Source: Azolla caroliniana
Lineage: Eukaryota; Plantae; Polypodiophyta
Assembly: GCA_043228905.1 (NCBI GenBank)
Contig: JBHGNT010000001.1
Location: 26,598,001 to 26,662,000, forward strand
Reading direction: 5' to 3'
DNA: 64,000 bases
Within the stretch, counting starts at the first letter, position 1. Every line of letters starts with the position of its first letter. The notes beneath the pieces were generated by a model that did no database searches, had not been told where the DNA came from, and saw only the letters and a list, made by a program, of their open reading frames with translations. The translations under genes were made by a program, and so were the position numbers. Positions 52,451-64,000 of this stretch are shown here, piece after piece.

Positions 52451-53661
52451 CAATCAAAGGTATAAAGGTTGTAATCTATGGTTGTCTAGGACTTGAAAAT
52501 AAGAAGCGCACTCGTTAGGAGAAACACCCTTGATAACCATCATTGTGTCATTTATGAAGCATCCAAACCACCAATGTTCCTACTTGGTTTTCTTACATCA
52601 TTTGATTTTAAATTGTTATATTGGAATAATTATGGTAACTTTACTTATGAATATCTATTGCATATAATTATTGCATAATATGGGCATAAAAGATGTAATG
52701 AAAGGGAAAATGGTCATGTGGTGTGGTCCATTAGTCCTAACGTTATAGTCTACGAAGGCTAGGGGCATATAGTTAGCTACTACCAAGATGGCTAGGAGGG
52801 ACAAGTGGAACGTTGGTTGATATAATATATGGGATTAAATTTATCCACATTTCTCTATGTTGTCATAAATAATCAGTAATACACGATGTCACTTGGGACA
52901 TGACAATGAAAACGTGATGCCTCGTGTCATTGTCATTGTGTTGCCATTGGAACTTCAACACCTATTGTGATTCATCCCATAATCTAAAAAAAAAATAGTT
53001 TTAAAGGAAAAGACACAAAAGCGAAAACAATGACATGAATAATTGCAACTATGGAATTCGAAATCATTGTCATTAAAATCAGAACCTTGACCCATAAGAT
53101 TGCGCACATACAAGAAAATATTCTTCCAATTGTTGTATCTATTATTCATGATAGCTTTAATATAATCTTGATCCCTTGAATGTAGTTTATTTGGTTTAAT
53201 TCATAAGTTTCACTAAAGAGCAAAAGTTGGCCTTTTTAGTGAGCATATCCTTCTCAAGAATCGTTGTTTATTTAAACTTGAGGGTTTACTTATATACCCT
53301 CAAATCATGTCAATCATGGGAAGGCCTCGTTGTAACGTTTGTTATATCCTTAAATCTAGAAATCGACGGAGTCATCTACCAAAGTATAAATTATTACTTC
53401 AATGTGATTAGAGAGAAGAGTTGTGAGAGGTTGTGTTACACAATACACTATATACTCTTCTTATTTATAGTTAAATGGGAAAGTTTGAACTTCAAAATCA
53501 AGACTGAATGATTTTATGCCAGCACCTTCAACTCTTGGTTGATATTCTTCTTTTAGTTCAACTAATGCCTAATGTGCTCATCGTTGTACTCATGACTGTC
53601 CATAATTTACCTTTCAAATAACACATCTTGAAAAGTTTTCAAACACACACACACACACACA

Positions 53662-53694
<33 letters not shown>

Positions 53695-53757
53695 GTTGTG
53701 CGTGTCATCCTTGCACAGGGGCCATGTTAATCTTCTTTGTATCGTTCCGGTTTTATC
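53695..53757 (-). pseudogene. U6: U6 snRNA internal fragment (pseudogene)
   Basis: Minus strand GATAAAACCGGAACGATACAAAGAAGATTAACATGGCCCCTGTGCAAGGATGACACGCACAA matches the central part of U6. The ACAGAGA box reads ACAAAGA and the AGC triad reads AAC. The 5' stem and 3' U-tail are missing. Confidence 0.92.
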
Positions 53758-55255
53758 CCCCCCTTCCGCTCTCTGTATCTCTCTCTCTCGTGCGCGCGAA
53801 AACACACAACTATATTAATAAATGTGTGCCAAAAACACTAAAATGGTACAATTGAGTGTTGTCACTACTATGCGGAAGTGGTACATGTTGAATCGCCAAT
53901 AGGCAATATGAACACTCCGTGGAGGAAAGATTTTTTACTTTCTCCAATAAGCAAAACTACCACGTTAATACTCCCTTCAACCTTGATTGATGTTGCTATA
54001 TGGCAATCAAACCGTGGTTGCTTCGTCATTTGTATAAATAAAGGACCTCATATCAATGTTATACTTAGTAGTTGTTTCCAAATAACCTATGATTGGGCGG
54101 GGCCGGGGAATGTGTAATAATCTTCACACTTCAACAAAATCCAAAAATCTCTAAGATCGAACGACAACTACATCTCCCACCTCTTTGACCCCTAAATGAA
54201 CAAACGACTAAACCAAGATTATAATCTCTCCTTTCCATGGCAATATAATACTTGAGAAGACACAACTAATTGTCATGACAATAAGTTATTGGGAGGATGA
54301 TATATTGTCTATTTGTTGGGGGGGATGTGAAAAGGTGGGGTAGGGTGTGTTTGGATATTGTTTAATAAGTGGCATAGCACATTAAGTTTATGACTCTTTA
54401 GTAATGGCGTAGTTTGGTTTGTTTTTCACTAATTTCCCATTTGACTTTATCAAATTGGAGCTTGTTGTTTACCATACCCCTATAGTCATTGATGCCCCAC
54501 TTCTTGAACCCGTATAGGATGACATACACACTATGAAAGGGACATGATTTTATTTTTCTTTGTTGCAATGTTAGTGTTCAACCCAACATAACGTTAGACA
54601 ATATGGATCCATTCCCTTTTACCTTGTTCGTTTGTCGACCATTTCATGTATAGCCTGAATGCACATGATCTCATCCTTGTCTTTAGAACCATCATCGAAT
54701 AGGGTATGCATTATGATCCTTCTATGTTGCCATGGAAACAATCCTCTTTCATGCACCCACCTCTCCATGTTATATGTAGTATGTGATTTTGTAGGGCGAG
54801 TCTTGCTTTTGTATATGTACTTGTTGATATGCTAATAAAATTTGTAGAATAGTAAATGCACGTCGTAATATTGGGCAACGTTACGCGTCACTGCCAAGGT
54901 CATGTTGTGAACCTAGACTGTAATCATTTATCCTAATATTGTTAGCAGCAAAGGGAGGAACACTCATCAGTCCTTCCTAAGGTACTAGCGATAACATTAA
55001 TCACTTAAACAAAACTCTGCAACCTCTCTCATGGTTAAGCAACTATTGTTACTTTGTGACAAGATTCATTGGTGGTCTTCTTTCTTGTACAGTGGTCAAA
55101 TCTCCTTTTCACGATTGAGCCATGGGCCATATTGTGTGTGATGATCTCCATGAAGTACTAGAATGTTCACACGGGTGAAAAGGAGATAGATTTTACAAAA
55201 GTCCTAACTAAGGTTTCCAATAGACGTGCAGAGCCTTTGGCTGAAGTGCCTCCAT

Positions 55256-55281
<26 letters not shown>

Positions 55282-55286
<5 letters not shown>

Positions 55287-55506
55287 GTAATTAGCTTACC
55301 ATATTGGTAAGTTATTACACTACAATCCATTATGTATTGGGATTGGTTCGAAACCCAAATTTCTCACCTCTCGATTATGTATATACTTCATACATATCTC
55401 TTAATTCACTAGGTGCTACTGTGGAATGTAAGGGGTGAACCCATGAGCTCCAGGTCTCCATTGGGCAACCTTACAGACTGAAGCTATACATCCATATGGG
55501 CCCATT
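55282..55506 (-). mobile_element. Bipartite tRNA-like repeat, copy 5, inside (CT)n, ~300 bp upstream of the E2 start codon
   Basis: GGTTCGAAACCCAAAT...GAACCCATGAGCTCCAGGTCTCCATTGGGCAACCTTAC with (CT)n on both sides. Confidence 0.88.
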
Positions 55507-55600
55507 CTCTCTCTCTCTCAAATGGGTGGGTGTTTGAGAGTGAATTGGAATGGAATTCCTGGGTTTGAATTTGGCACGTGCGCTTGGACCCACACGTGAG

Positions 55601-55634
<34 letters not shown>

Positions 55635-55805
55635 ACAGACAGAGAGAGAGACAGAGAGAGAACTCAGAAGGAAGACGACATTGTTGCTCCGGCTACTAGG
55701 GCTTCCATTTTTCCTCTGCTATTATTTCCTTTTTTTCCTCTGTCTCCATCTCCATCTCCATCTCCGTCACCGCCCCCGCTTCTGTGCCTTTCTAGGGTTC
55801 CGGCC

Positions 55806-58800
55806 ATGGCGTGCTTCCGTTCTATGCTCCGTTCCTCCCGATTTCGCAGGCTCCCCTTCCGCTCGACGCACGCACCTCGTTCTTCTTCTTCTTCTTCCGA
55901 TATCTCCATTGCTGGATCCTCCTCCGTCCATCCCATAGAAAGCTTCGGGAACTCGAAGGTTAGATCGCATCTCTCTCTCTCTCTCTATTCTTTCCAGTTC
56001 CTTCTCGCGATGAGGTTGATTCATGATCTGCACAAGTCGTGTGTTTAATTGTATTCTGATCCTTGTACGAGTCTCTGTTATCCCTCGGTTAGAATCTCTT
56101 TTCATAATTTTTAGAATCTGTTGATATTTTCTCTTTTGATCTGCAGAAGTTGCCAATTAGTAGTCTTTTAATGCGTGTATGAATCTCTGTTTGACTCATG
56201 TTAGAGTCTCTGTAAATTTTGTAAGAATATCCATTATCTCTTGATGCTTGTAAGAAACTCTGTGGATCCTTGTAAGAATCGTTTGACAGACCCTTGATTC
56301 TATTTTGATTGAAAGAGAAGAACCCTAACTACCTTAATCTGATCTCACGTAATAAAAATAGTTATTTTGAACTATTTTATGATAATTGGGATCTTCAAAA
56401 TCTGCGACTAAGCATATGTATTGAAATTGTACATATTTCTAGAGGAAGATAATATTTCCTATCAGCATTTTTTATTTACTGGATTTGAATTATGTATAAA
56501 GTTTCTGTTGTCAGTATATTAGATTTCCATCACTCTATTCCTTCCCTTTAGACAATAGAAGTAATTGGTTTGGTAAAGATTGTGCATCAGTATTATGTTT
56601 GTGATATAATCTTTGTCCATATGCGAGTAGTTTCTTCACCATCTTTCCTTTAGTCAAGTGGCTGAGGGTGTCATTCGCCATATTTCCTTTTGTCAAAGTG
56701 TTGCTAAACTGGAGTGCAGAATTTTGTCTTCTATAATGAATTTCTCATGCAAATGAATTCAAGAGTACAATGAAAAGGTGAAAAACTTCATTTTGGCAAA
56801 TTTCTCTTCTTCAGAATAATTTGAGGCAGCCTATAATGTATAGGTCTATAACATAAAGAAATATCCTATATATAGAGAGAAATATCTCCTTGAGGTAACT
56901 ATCCTAAAGAGAGAGTTACTAGAGAGAGATTTTATTTTTCTGGTGCATGCAGCAAGACTTGTTTATCCCACAATTGCGGAATATCAGAAGTTTTCACTTC
57001 TTCACAGCTGCTGGTATTATGTTAATACCCATGCAAAAAATAGATGTTTCATTATTATTATTGCAAACTTTTAAGGCCTAAAATATGGTTGTCCGCAGAT
57101 ATTCATTCGAATGACTTGTTGAGGATGAACAGGATCAAGTGCGTATTCTCTAGCTGTTTTTGTTGATGATCATTTAGACAAGTAATTTATGTAAGAATGG
57201 GGTGAAAAGGGTTTCTTGGGGTTTATTTTTGCAGAATATTTTCTCATCTTAATAGAATGGATCACTTGTTACAAGGATCACTTAGATTCATGTCTTCTAC
57301 TCCAGGTTTGTGGTCATATTTTTGTATAATTTTTAAAATCAGATTGAGACACTGTAATGACTAAAACCCATCATTCACAGGTGAAATAATTGAAATAACT
57401 GTTCCACATATGGGTGAATCGGTCAGGGATGGAACCATTGCAAGCTTCCTAAAACGCAAGTAGTCTCTTTGTTTATGTATTCTTTATTAGTTTTATGCAA
57501 CCTGAGTTCCTGTAAATTTGTGTATTTATCCATGAGGACTATTTCTCAACATGGGACGCTAAGGTGTATACCAGAGTAACATGGTTTTGTTGAATAATAC
57601 AGAGGAAGGTGATCGAGTGGAAGTGGATGACGTTATAGCACAAATTGAGACCGACAAGGTATATCTCTTTCTCGGTTTCATAGCAAAAGTATACTTAAAT
57701 ATTCTATTGACGCTAACTTATTGCTACATGTAGGTGACAATTGATGTACGAAGCACTGAGAGTGGTATCATTGAAAAGGTAATAACTTAGTTTCAAGTTT
57801 CTATATGCTAGTGTTATGTTTTTAGTTTATGCCTTCTCCTCTCCCTTCATTGGCAACAACACGGGAAGCAGGAATTACGCTTTTTCTCTACCTTAATATT
57901 GTTTATTGGGAAGTATAACCCACTCACAGTCCTGAGAATATCCAGTTGGCGGTAAAGGAAGGGGATACAGTAACTCCTGGGACTGTTGTTGCAAGTGTTG
58001 CAAAAGGTGCAGCCCAAGCGAAATCTGCCGAAGTCCAGACTAGAAGTACACCTGCCGAAGCAACGGTAGAAACAAAGGAAAAGGATGAACCTCAAGTTGT
58101 GAGTGCTCCTCCTCCACCAAAGCCTACACCTTCTCCTCCTGCTGCAAGACCATTGACTCAAGCTACAGAGCCTAAACTTCCACCGAAAGACAAGGAACGC
58201 CGGGTTAGTACCTATAGTTCCATGTTTTCTTGAAATGTGTTTTGGAGGTTGTAAGTTCATGTTGTAACTTTCAGTTTGGTATGCTCTGAATGCTGCCAGG
58301 TTCCTATGACACGATTGCGGAAACGTGTTGCCACTCGACTGAAAGACTCACAAAATACCTTTGCTTTGTTGACCACATTCAATGAAATAGACATGTACAT
58401 GGTTTTTTTTTGTTGTTTTGTGTCTTAAAATATGCTTTAGATGAAAATGCATAATGTCTGCCTCTAGTCAACTTTCTGATAATAATGTATCCGATATGAG
58501 CACATGGTTAAATGAATAGCATCGTGATTGAAAGCATACAAATATGCATTTTTTTCTGCTTCCTTAATGATTTTTTATCATCTCACAGGACAAACTTGAT
58601 TGATCTACGAACACAATATAAAGACAAGTTCGAAGAGAAGCATGGAGTTAAACTAGGTTTCATGTCTTGCTTTGTGAAGGTAAGAAAAAGAAAGGTTGTG
58701 TATGAATATTTTGTGACATTTAAAGAACAGTAAACACTCCAGTAATATTTTCCTTATTGATCAACAATATGAAGTTTCAACTTTTGCATCTAAGACTGGG

Positions 58801-59899
58801 TGTGTCAATATTTGACGTATTCTTGGTTTTGTCAAATTGTAACAGGCTGCAGTGAGTGCATTGCAAGAACAACCTGTTGTAAATGCTGTTATTGATGGTG
58901 ATGATATTATATACAGAGATTATGTTGATATAAGTATCGCCGTGGGAACACAGAAGGTAGGCAATGACAATTTAACCGTTCATAATTACATTGGATCATT
59001 TATTATGTTTTATCATGCACTTGAGCGCTTGTATGTTTTATCATGCATCATTCATTATTTTTGTGTATGTTGGATTAGTCATTTTGTCTTAATGTACATT
59101 TGGAAAGTTCCGTATATTTTAACATACATGGATGAATCATTATGTTGTGACGTGCATCTGATGATTCATTAAGTTTTCGGATGCATTATTCAAATGTGAT
59201 TTAGGGGCTCGTGGTACCGGTAATTCGTGGTGCAGATACGATGAATTTTGCAGAGGTAGAGAAAACAATAAACAGTTTAGCTGTGAAAGCCAACAATGGA
59301 TTGATATCCATCGACGAAATGGCTGGAGGAACTTTTACCATCTCCAATGGTGGTGTTTATGGCAGCCTTTTAAGTACGCCAATCATCAATCCTCCACAGG
59401 TAAATAAATGTTTGATTATCAACTGATTTTATAGTCAATATGCAGGAGAAAAATCTTGTTTATTTATGAGTAAACCCCTAAGTTTCCAAAGATTTCCTGA
59501 GGGCCATCTGTCCTTCCAAAACTTGTAGGAGAGGTGTTTAAGGGTCATTTTTGTGAAGTTAAGGGTATTTTGGTAAATATGAAGCAAGTTAGGGTTATGC
59601 TCAATAAGTTTATCGGTGTTTTGGTGTTTTCCCTATTGATTCCATGCATGCTTAGCTAATAAATTTTTGTTCAAAACACATCTCTTTTGTGGTTTGATTC
59701 TATGCAGTCTGCGATTCTGGGCATGCATACAATCCAAAAGAGGCCAATGGTTATAAAGGACACAATAGTTGCTAGGCCAATGATGTTTATTGCACTCACA
59801 TACGATCATAGACTTATTGATGGAAGAGAAGCTGTTTTTTTCCTTCGTCGTGTCAAGGATGTTGTTGAGGATCCAAAAAGGTTGCTTCTTGATGTCTAA
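55806..59899 (+). CDS. DLST: Mitochondrial 2-oxoglutarate dehydrogenase E2 (dihydrolipoamide succinyltransferase), ~473 aa; exons 55806-55958, 56953-57013, 57099-57138, 57256-57305, 57381-57455, 57603-57658, 57734-57778, 57946-58203, 58300-58394, 58589-58679, 58846-58956, 59205-59399, 59708-59899
   Basis: Arg/Ser-rich transit peptide, lipoyl domain VPHMGES...IETDKV, Pro-rich linker, [23 protein letters not shown] and catalytic DHRLIDG. Exon phases are mutually consistent. Confidence 0.95.
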
Positions 59900-61279
59900 C
59901 TCTCATATTCGTGTTTGCCCAGTTGCAAATATCATGTTTTTCTTTATTTTTCTCTCAACTTTCTGCAAATGATACATTATATATACGTATATATATGTAT
60001 CAATGCTGCGGAATAATGTGGCATACGAGTTTTGTTTCATTATTTTGAACTATACGGGACATGTATTTTCCTAAAGAAATGAAAACATAAATACAAAATG
60101 TTTTTACAAATTTGAATAAATGGTTGGCCTGGTCTTGGTGAGTGTGCTGTTGTGTTTTAAGGGAAAACATATTGGAACGATATTGTAAACAAAATTATAT
60201 TGCAATATTGATCAATGTTATTTTTGTGAATCTTTAATTTTTTTGCAAAGGTTGCTTTCAAAAATTTGTATTTTCATTTAACTACATCACATCTGGTAGC
60301 AGTGAACAGCTAGCCTAGCCTTTGAAAATAGAAAGATAATGTGGCAGCGTGTTCTTATTCCATTGATCTTATTCAACGTTTAATGGAGTTATAGGATATT
60401 GTTAGCATGGGAGAAAGGCTTCAAGTTGATCTTGAATGAATGAAGATTTTAATTTGCCATGTAGAAAGATAAAATGTAGCATCAAAATTTAGCTTAAAAA
60501 TCTGCAAACAGGATGATTTTAGTTTGCTAGATTTGTACCCAAGAAGATGTTATTTGCAGAGTTTGCTATATGTGTAACCTTATATGTGTAACCTTATGTG
60601 TTATTTGCAGAGTTTGCTATATGTGTAACCTTATGGTATGTAAAATATGCCAAGCTGTGCATAAAGAAGACCTTGAGGTTTTTAGTTTCACAAAAGTAAA
60701 GTAGAAATCCTCTTTCTAGATCAGATATATAACACTTTTAACTGTTTGTGATTTGAATAGCATGATAATCTTGACCTTTCCTGAGTATGAAAAGTGTGTA
60801 GAGAGGAGAGGGTATCCCAATTGCCTCATCTTTTGAATATTAGGAACATAGTTGAACTGGTTTTGTCATACTATGCCGCAAGGCTCTATTACTTTGGTAC
60901 TCGATGCATTGATATTACTTTGGTGTATTATGTAAGTATGGAAACTCGATGCATTGACCTTGTTGCAGTGTGAAAGAGTAAGTAAGTAATACTCTTAATT
61001 AAAGGGGGAAATCACTTTTTGGCATGTATTGTTGTATGTTTGAATCCTTCAAGGATATTTTTGAGGTACTATTTATAAATATAAAGTGGAATTTTTACTT
61101 AATTAATCACCATTGTCCGAAGTGGATGGATTCAAAGTTGATGTTAGAAATAAATGATGACTAAAAGTATAAGTAGAAAATGTCCTAGAGAATATATCAA
61201 CATATTGTCCTTTGTATGAGTTTCACAATGTGAAACGAATGTATTTACCAATAGCGTTCGTCTCTGAAGTTGTCCAATG

Positions 61280-61439
61280 TCAACTTTGTCTCCCTAGTAC
61301 AAGGCTTATAATATAGAGGGATTGTGTGCCAGTCATAACGATGGTTAGTGCTTCCAAAGCTTTCTGCAAGGGATTAAATCACGTGAGTTTGTTCATGTCC
61401 CTTCTTTCTATTTGTCCAAATAGTCAAGACAAAATCTTT

Positions 61440-61470
<31 letters not shown>

Positions 61471-63721
61471 AATGACATAGTGCTTAAAAATATGATCTTA
61501 CTATATTTGGAGATCGATACTCAACAACTTGTATTTCCTTCGAGCTTAATCTGTAAAACATATGTGCAAGATGTTAAAAAAGATCTAGTTCTTAACAATT
61601 GAGCATAAAGCTTTGAATTGTTCGCCCTAAAGTTAATAATGTTGCTTTGACATTCCATCCCTACATTTTATGCACCACTTATTAGTTCAATAAAGTGTTA
61701 ATGAGAAGTTTTTCTCTTGGCATGTTAATGGCTGTCACATGATCTATTAGTTAAAAAAGTATTGGTAATGTGGTATTCTTCATCTAGAGACTAGGATTTT
61801 GACAAGCCTCATGTCATGGAATATTGATATAAAGGAAATTCTCTATGAATGAAATTGTGGAAGACACAATTTATGGTAGGGAGAACCAAGCAACGAAGAG
61901 GTACACCAAAGATTCTTGGCACACTACAAAATTGTGAGTTTTTTGAATATTGTGGCACCCATGTCTAGAGCAACAATTGAGGAAGATGCACAGAATGCCG
62001 GTTGAAATCTAGATAGTTCAGCTACCACCAAGCAATAGATGGTTGTTGATAGAGATGAGTCATTTGAAAGCATCTTTGGGGGTATTTATGTCTCCCTTCA
62101 TTTGGAAGGCATCAACCTCAAGGTGCGAATATTTTGTTTCTACAATGTGATGCCACTATGTAAAGGGCATAGATTGCCTAGGGGAAATTCAAGACCAATC
62201 AAACTAGAGGTCTTAATGGAAGTGTGCCAAGTATTTGATCAAAGTGAAGGACATTGAGTCAAGAAAGGAGCTTTTTGAGCCACATATTTACATCCCATGC
62301 AATTGAAATAGAGGTTGACAACCAATCTACCTTCCATAGGAGTCATGATCTTGCAAACGAAAACAAATGTAGCACATAGAGGAGTAGCCAAAGGGGACCT
62401 TATCTACGGTACATTTTTCTCCAAGCAGGAGCTCGAGGAAACAAGGAGTTGGCTCAATTGGCATGAGATGTTGTCAATCAACAATCATGTAACGCACAAG
62501 TTTCATCGAGCTGCTCCTATCGGCAACAACAATAAGCCTCCTCTCTTCAAGAGATGCACGATATGTAGTATGCTTCTTTATTGACAATGGAGCAAGTTTA
62601 TAAAGAAAAGGGAAAAGTACCAGGATACTCCTGGAAGTTCGTCTATTTACCAGAATGCCCCTGGAAGTTCCAAATTTACCAAACTACCCCTATGTCCAAA
62701 AAATTACCCTTTATAAAGTAATTATACAGTCAAATCTTTGGTAAATAGGGCTAGTTCGGGTCCATTTCTTCTATCTTTGGTAAATAGGGCTTGTAAATTT
62801 GAGTGTATAATTACTTTATAAAGTGTAATTTTTTGGACATAGGGGTAGTTTGGTAAATTTGGAACTTCCAGGGGCATTCTGGTAAATAGATGAACTTCCA
62901 GGGGTATCCTGGTACTTTTCCCTAAACAAAATAATACAAAGCCACAAGCAACCCTGGGGGCCACGTCTAAATGTTTCATTGATCATTTTATGTTGTTTCA
63001 CACAGACAATACATACATACAGTTAGACAGTACATACATACAATACGTACATACGATACATACATACTAACGGTACATACAATACAATACATACATACAA
63101 ACGGTACATACATACAAACGGTACATACAATACAATACATACATACAAACGGTACATACAATACATACATACGATACATACATACAAACGGTCCATAGAT
63201 ACATACACACACACACACACACACACATACATACATACATACATACATACATACATACATACATACATACATACATACATACATACATACATACATGCAT
63301 GCATACATACATGCATGCATGCATACCTACCCACATATGAATCATGATACATACATACATACAATGATGCATATGATACAAACGATACATACATACATAC
63401 ATACATACATACATACATACAATGATACATATGATACAAACGATACATACATACATACAATGATACATATGATACAAACGATACATACATACATACATAC
63501 ATACATAGTGATAGGATGGATAGATTCAACATTTTACCCAAGGCTTTCTAGGGCGAGCACCCAAGCTATGGCTGCAACTGCGATGGCGGAGCCGAAAGCG
63601 CCTTTGGAGCCGCCATTCCATATGAAGGCATTGAAGCCGAAGAGTGTGGATGCAAGCCCCACTGCAGCTGCCACCAGAGCAAACTCCATCATATAGAATG
63701 TCACCGCCGCATTCGAACTCA
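61280..63721 (-). CDS. AWPM-19-like (PM19) membrane protein, 3' exons 63721-63538, 61550-61502, 61363-61280; 5' exon probably beyond the window
   Basis: Spliced in-frame product NAAVTFYMMEFALVAAAVGLAS...AAIAWVLALESLG|LSSKEIQVVEYRSPNI|KALEALTIVMTGTQSLYIISLVLGRQS* follows the AWPM-19 pattern (GLACKEI...LEAF.II...TQLLY). GT-AG borders. Confidence 0.8.
62610..62922. mobile_element. Mutator-type MITE (~120-bp TIRs, 9-bp TSD) in the AWPM-19 intron
   Basis: 62610-62728 is the near-perfect reverse complement of 62804-62922. G-started termini GGGAAAAG..CTTTTCCC; flanks TAAAGAAAA / TAAACAAAA. Confidence 0.92.
63000..63506. repeat. Compound (ATAC)n/(AC)n microsatellite-minisatellite
   Basis: ATAC arrays interrupted by repeated AAACGGT and ATGATACAAACG units. 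Confidence 0.95.
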
Positions 63722-64000
63722 CTACAACAACATATCACGCCCACAAATCCCACAAAATTCAATACCTCATAAACATCATGCCCCACTCATAATCGACAAA
63801 ATCAACCAATCCAACTCTCAATTTCTGCTATCCAGATCAATTAAATTCCTTAATTATTCCAACTTCGGCGTTCTCTTGAGTTCCAATTGGAACCATGGAC
63901 CGCAATGGATTTCAATACTTGATCCCATCCATCCATTTGTTTATGAATCCAAGAATTTGGAATGGAATGAGATGAAATATGAAGATCATTAAATGGCAAT

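Noticed and set aside
53695-53757. Functional U6 snRNA gene
   Set aside because: Both ends are missing, the ACAGAGA box and AGC triad are mutated, and no USE/TATA promoter is evident upstream.
62722-62979. ORF or exon (G-VACGFVLFCL...) as the continuation of the AWPM-19 gene through the MITE
   Set aside because: Better exons with family motifs and correct phases exist at 61550-61502 and 61363-61280. This ORF is mostly MITE sequence.

Overview
Eukaryotic land-plant nuclear DNA. The TE families and PPR style suggest a seed-free plant such as a fern, but that is inference. The window holds five host genes: a PBS1/PBL-like RLCK-VII kinase (+, 5 exons), a single-exon PLS-E class PPR protein (+), a GRP7/8-like glycine-rich RNA-binding protein (-, 2 exons), the mitochondrial 2-oxoglutarate dehydrogenase E2 subunit (+, 13 exons, one GC-AG intron) and the last three exons of an AWPM-19-like membrane protein (-). 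These sit among nested, decayed TEs: a chromoviral Ty3/gypsy, several Ty1/copia elements, LINE 3' ends, a Sola-like transposase, a Mutator MITE, and a hAT-type element carrying intron-containing XRN exons. The most unusual signal is a ~205-bp repeat present five times. It is built from two convergent tRNA-like (A-box/B-box) modules and always sits in or beside (GA)n/(CT)n microsatellites; one copy has an empty-site control in a sister LTR. A U6 snRNA fragment sits in the same microsatellite context. Together these suggest a microsatellite-targeted route for mobilising Pol III-derived sequence. All calls were made by eye, without database searches.
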